The notes beneath the pieces were generated by a model. It was not told the DNA's origin. It worked only from the letters and a program-made list of their open reading frames with translations, and searched no databases. 64,000 bases of DNA from Squalus acanthias (Eukaryota). Each line of letters opens with the position of its first letter. Position 1 is the first letter of the stretch. The stretch spans positions 11,966,001 to 12,030,000 of the forward strand of contig CM059432.1 of the NCBI GenBank assembly GCA_030390025.1, given 5' to 3'. This document shows, in pieces, positions 62,925-64,000 of this stretch. A program made the position numbers and the translations under genes.

Positions 62925-63438
62925 TCCATTATCCAAGCTATTGTCATCCCCAGACTTGATTATCCACTGGCCTTCCTTTGTCTATCCTCTATAAACTCCA
63001 ACTTGTCCAAAACGCAGTTGCCTGCCTTTTGTCCCACACTAAATCCCACTCGCCCATCACCCTCGCAGACCAACTCCCTGTCCCCTAAAATTAAAATTCT
63101 TATCCTCATCTTCAAATCTCTCCATGGACTTGCTCCACCCTACCTCTACAACATCCTCCAAGTTTATTTCCCCTCCCACACCTTTCCATCTTCTGATTCT
63201 GGCCTGCCAGACATCCCCACCTTTTCCCAATCATTGATGGTGGAGCTTTCAGAAAACTCCGGGCTACGCTCTGGAACTCCCTTCCCTATATCTCTCTCAA
63301 CTGCCCTCTCCTTTAAAAACTCCTCAAAACCCATCTTCTCAACCCATTCTAAACGTACTCTGCTGCCTCAGTCTTCAGTAATGTGCATTTGGGACATTTT
63401 GTATGTTAAAGATGCTATATAAATGCAAGTTGTTGTTG
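62925..63438 (+). mobile_element. L2 LINE 3' fragment, degenerate
   Basis: KILILIFKSLHGLAPPYL motif and gctatataaatgcaagttgttg tail. Confidence 0.75.
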
Positions 63439-64000
63439 ATGAGGAACACATTGCTTTGTACACCATTCCTTGCCTGGTTGAACTCAGTCTGTGCTTACCT
63501 TGCAAAGCGAGGTGAGAGATTTTGAAGGCCTTTGAGAAATATCAAAACCTAGCCAAAGGGATCCGTGAAACACTCCAAACGCCCACATTGTTTAACCTGA
63601 TAAAGGAAAAGAATAGAATCACGAATGCCTGACTGACCAGTCAGAACCCAGATTGCAAATGCACATGTGTTGGCCCAGTTCCAGATGTTAAGAACGCACT
63701 CCCATGCTGGACACAGTACGCCCTTTCATGTGATGTTCTTCCGATTGGCCCGATAATTTTACATAGAACAAGTAGTCTTTCAACAATGATGGGAAAACCA
63801 TAGTGGAGGAGACTGGGGGAAGCAAAGAGGAAACACTTATTATGCCATTGTTGGAAGAAATGGAGAAGTGTCTAGACCTCTAGGGCATGTGGTTAGGATT
63901 TGGAATGCACTGCCTGATAGGGCGGTGGGAACTGAGTCAATAGTAGCCTTCGAAAGGGGAATTGGATAAATAAGAACATAAGAAATAAGAGCAGGAGTAG

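Noticed and set aside
9300..64000. Exons of expected neighbours (CTSZ or CIDEA)
   Set aside because: No matching peptide found by eye in the unique segments; small exons could have been missed.
1..64000. CRISPR array, rRNA or prokaryotic operon
   Set aside because: No regularly spaced repeat-spacer array or rRNA; the sequence is intron-containing vertebrate DNA.

Overview
Repeat-dense vertebrate genomic DNA, most likely from a cartilaginous fish (shark-like), inferred from its repeat families. One host gene is supported: the 5' part of a beta-tubulin gene on the minus strand (exons 1-3 at 8922-7842, with exon 4 beginning at 33 and running off the left edge). It is a divergent class III/V/VI-group isotype (TUBB6/TUBB1-like) that the ORF track missed. 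The remaining ~55 kb upstream has no other recognisable coding gene. It is a nested mosaic of CR1, second CR1-group, L2, RTE and Vingi/Ingi-like LINE fragments, 11 Deu-domain tRNA-SINE copies, a second SINE family, PIF/Harbinger remnants and MITEs with 3-bp TSDs, a pogo/Tigger-like MITE, a 1.57-kb solo LTR, and short Penelope-like insertions carrying minimal hammerhead-ribozyme motifs, including a perfect 152-bp-arm palindrome. Almost all ORFs in the track are TE fragments or spurious. Repeat boundaries are approximate unless a TSD/TIR is quoted, and family names come from recalled motifs, not database searches.
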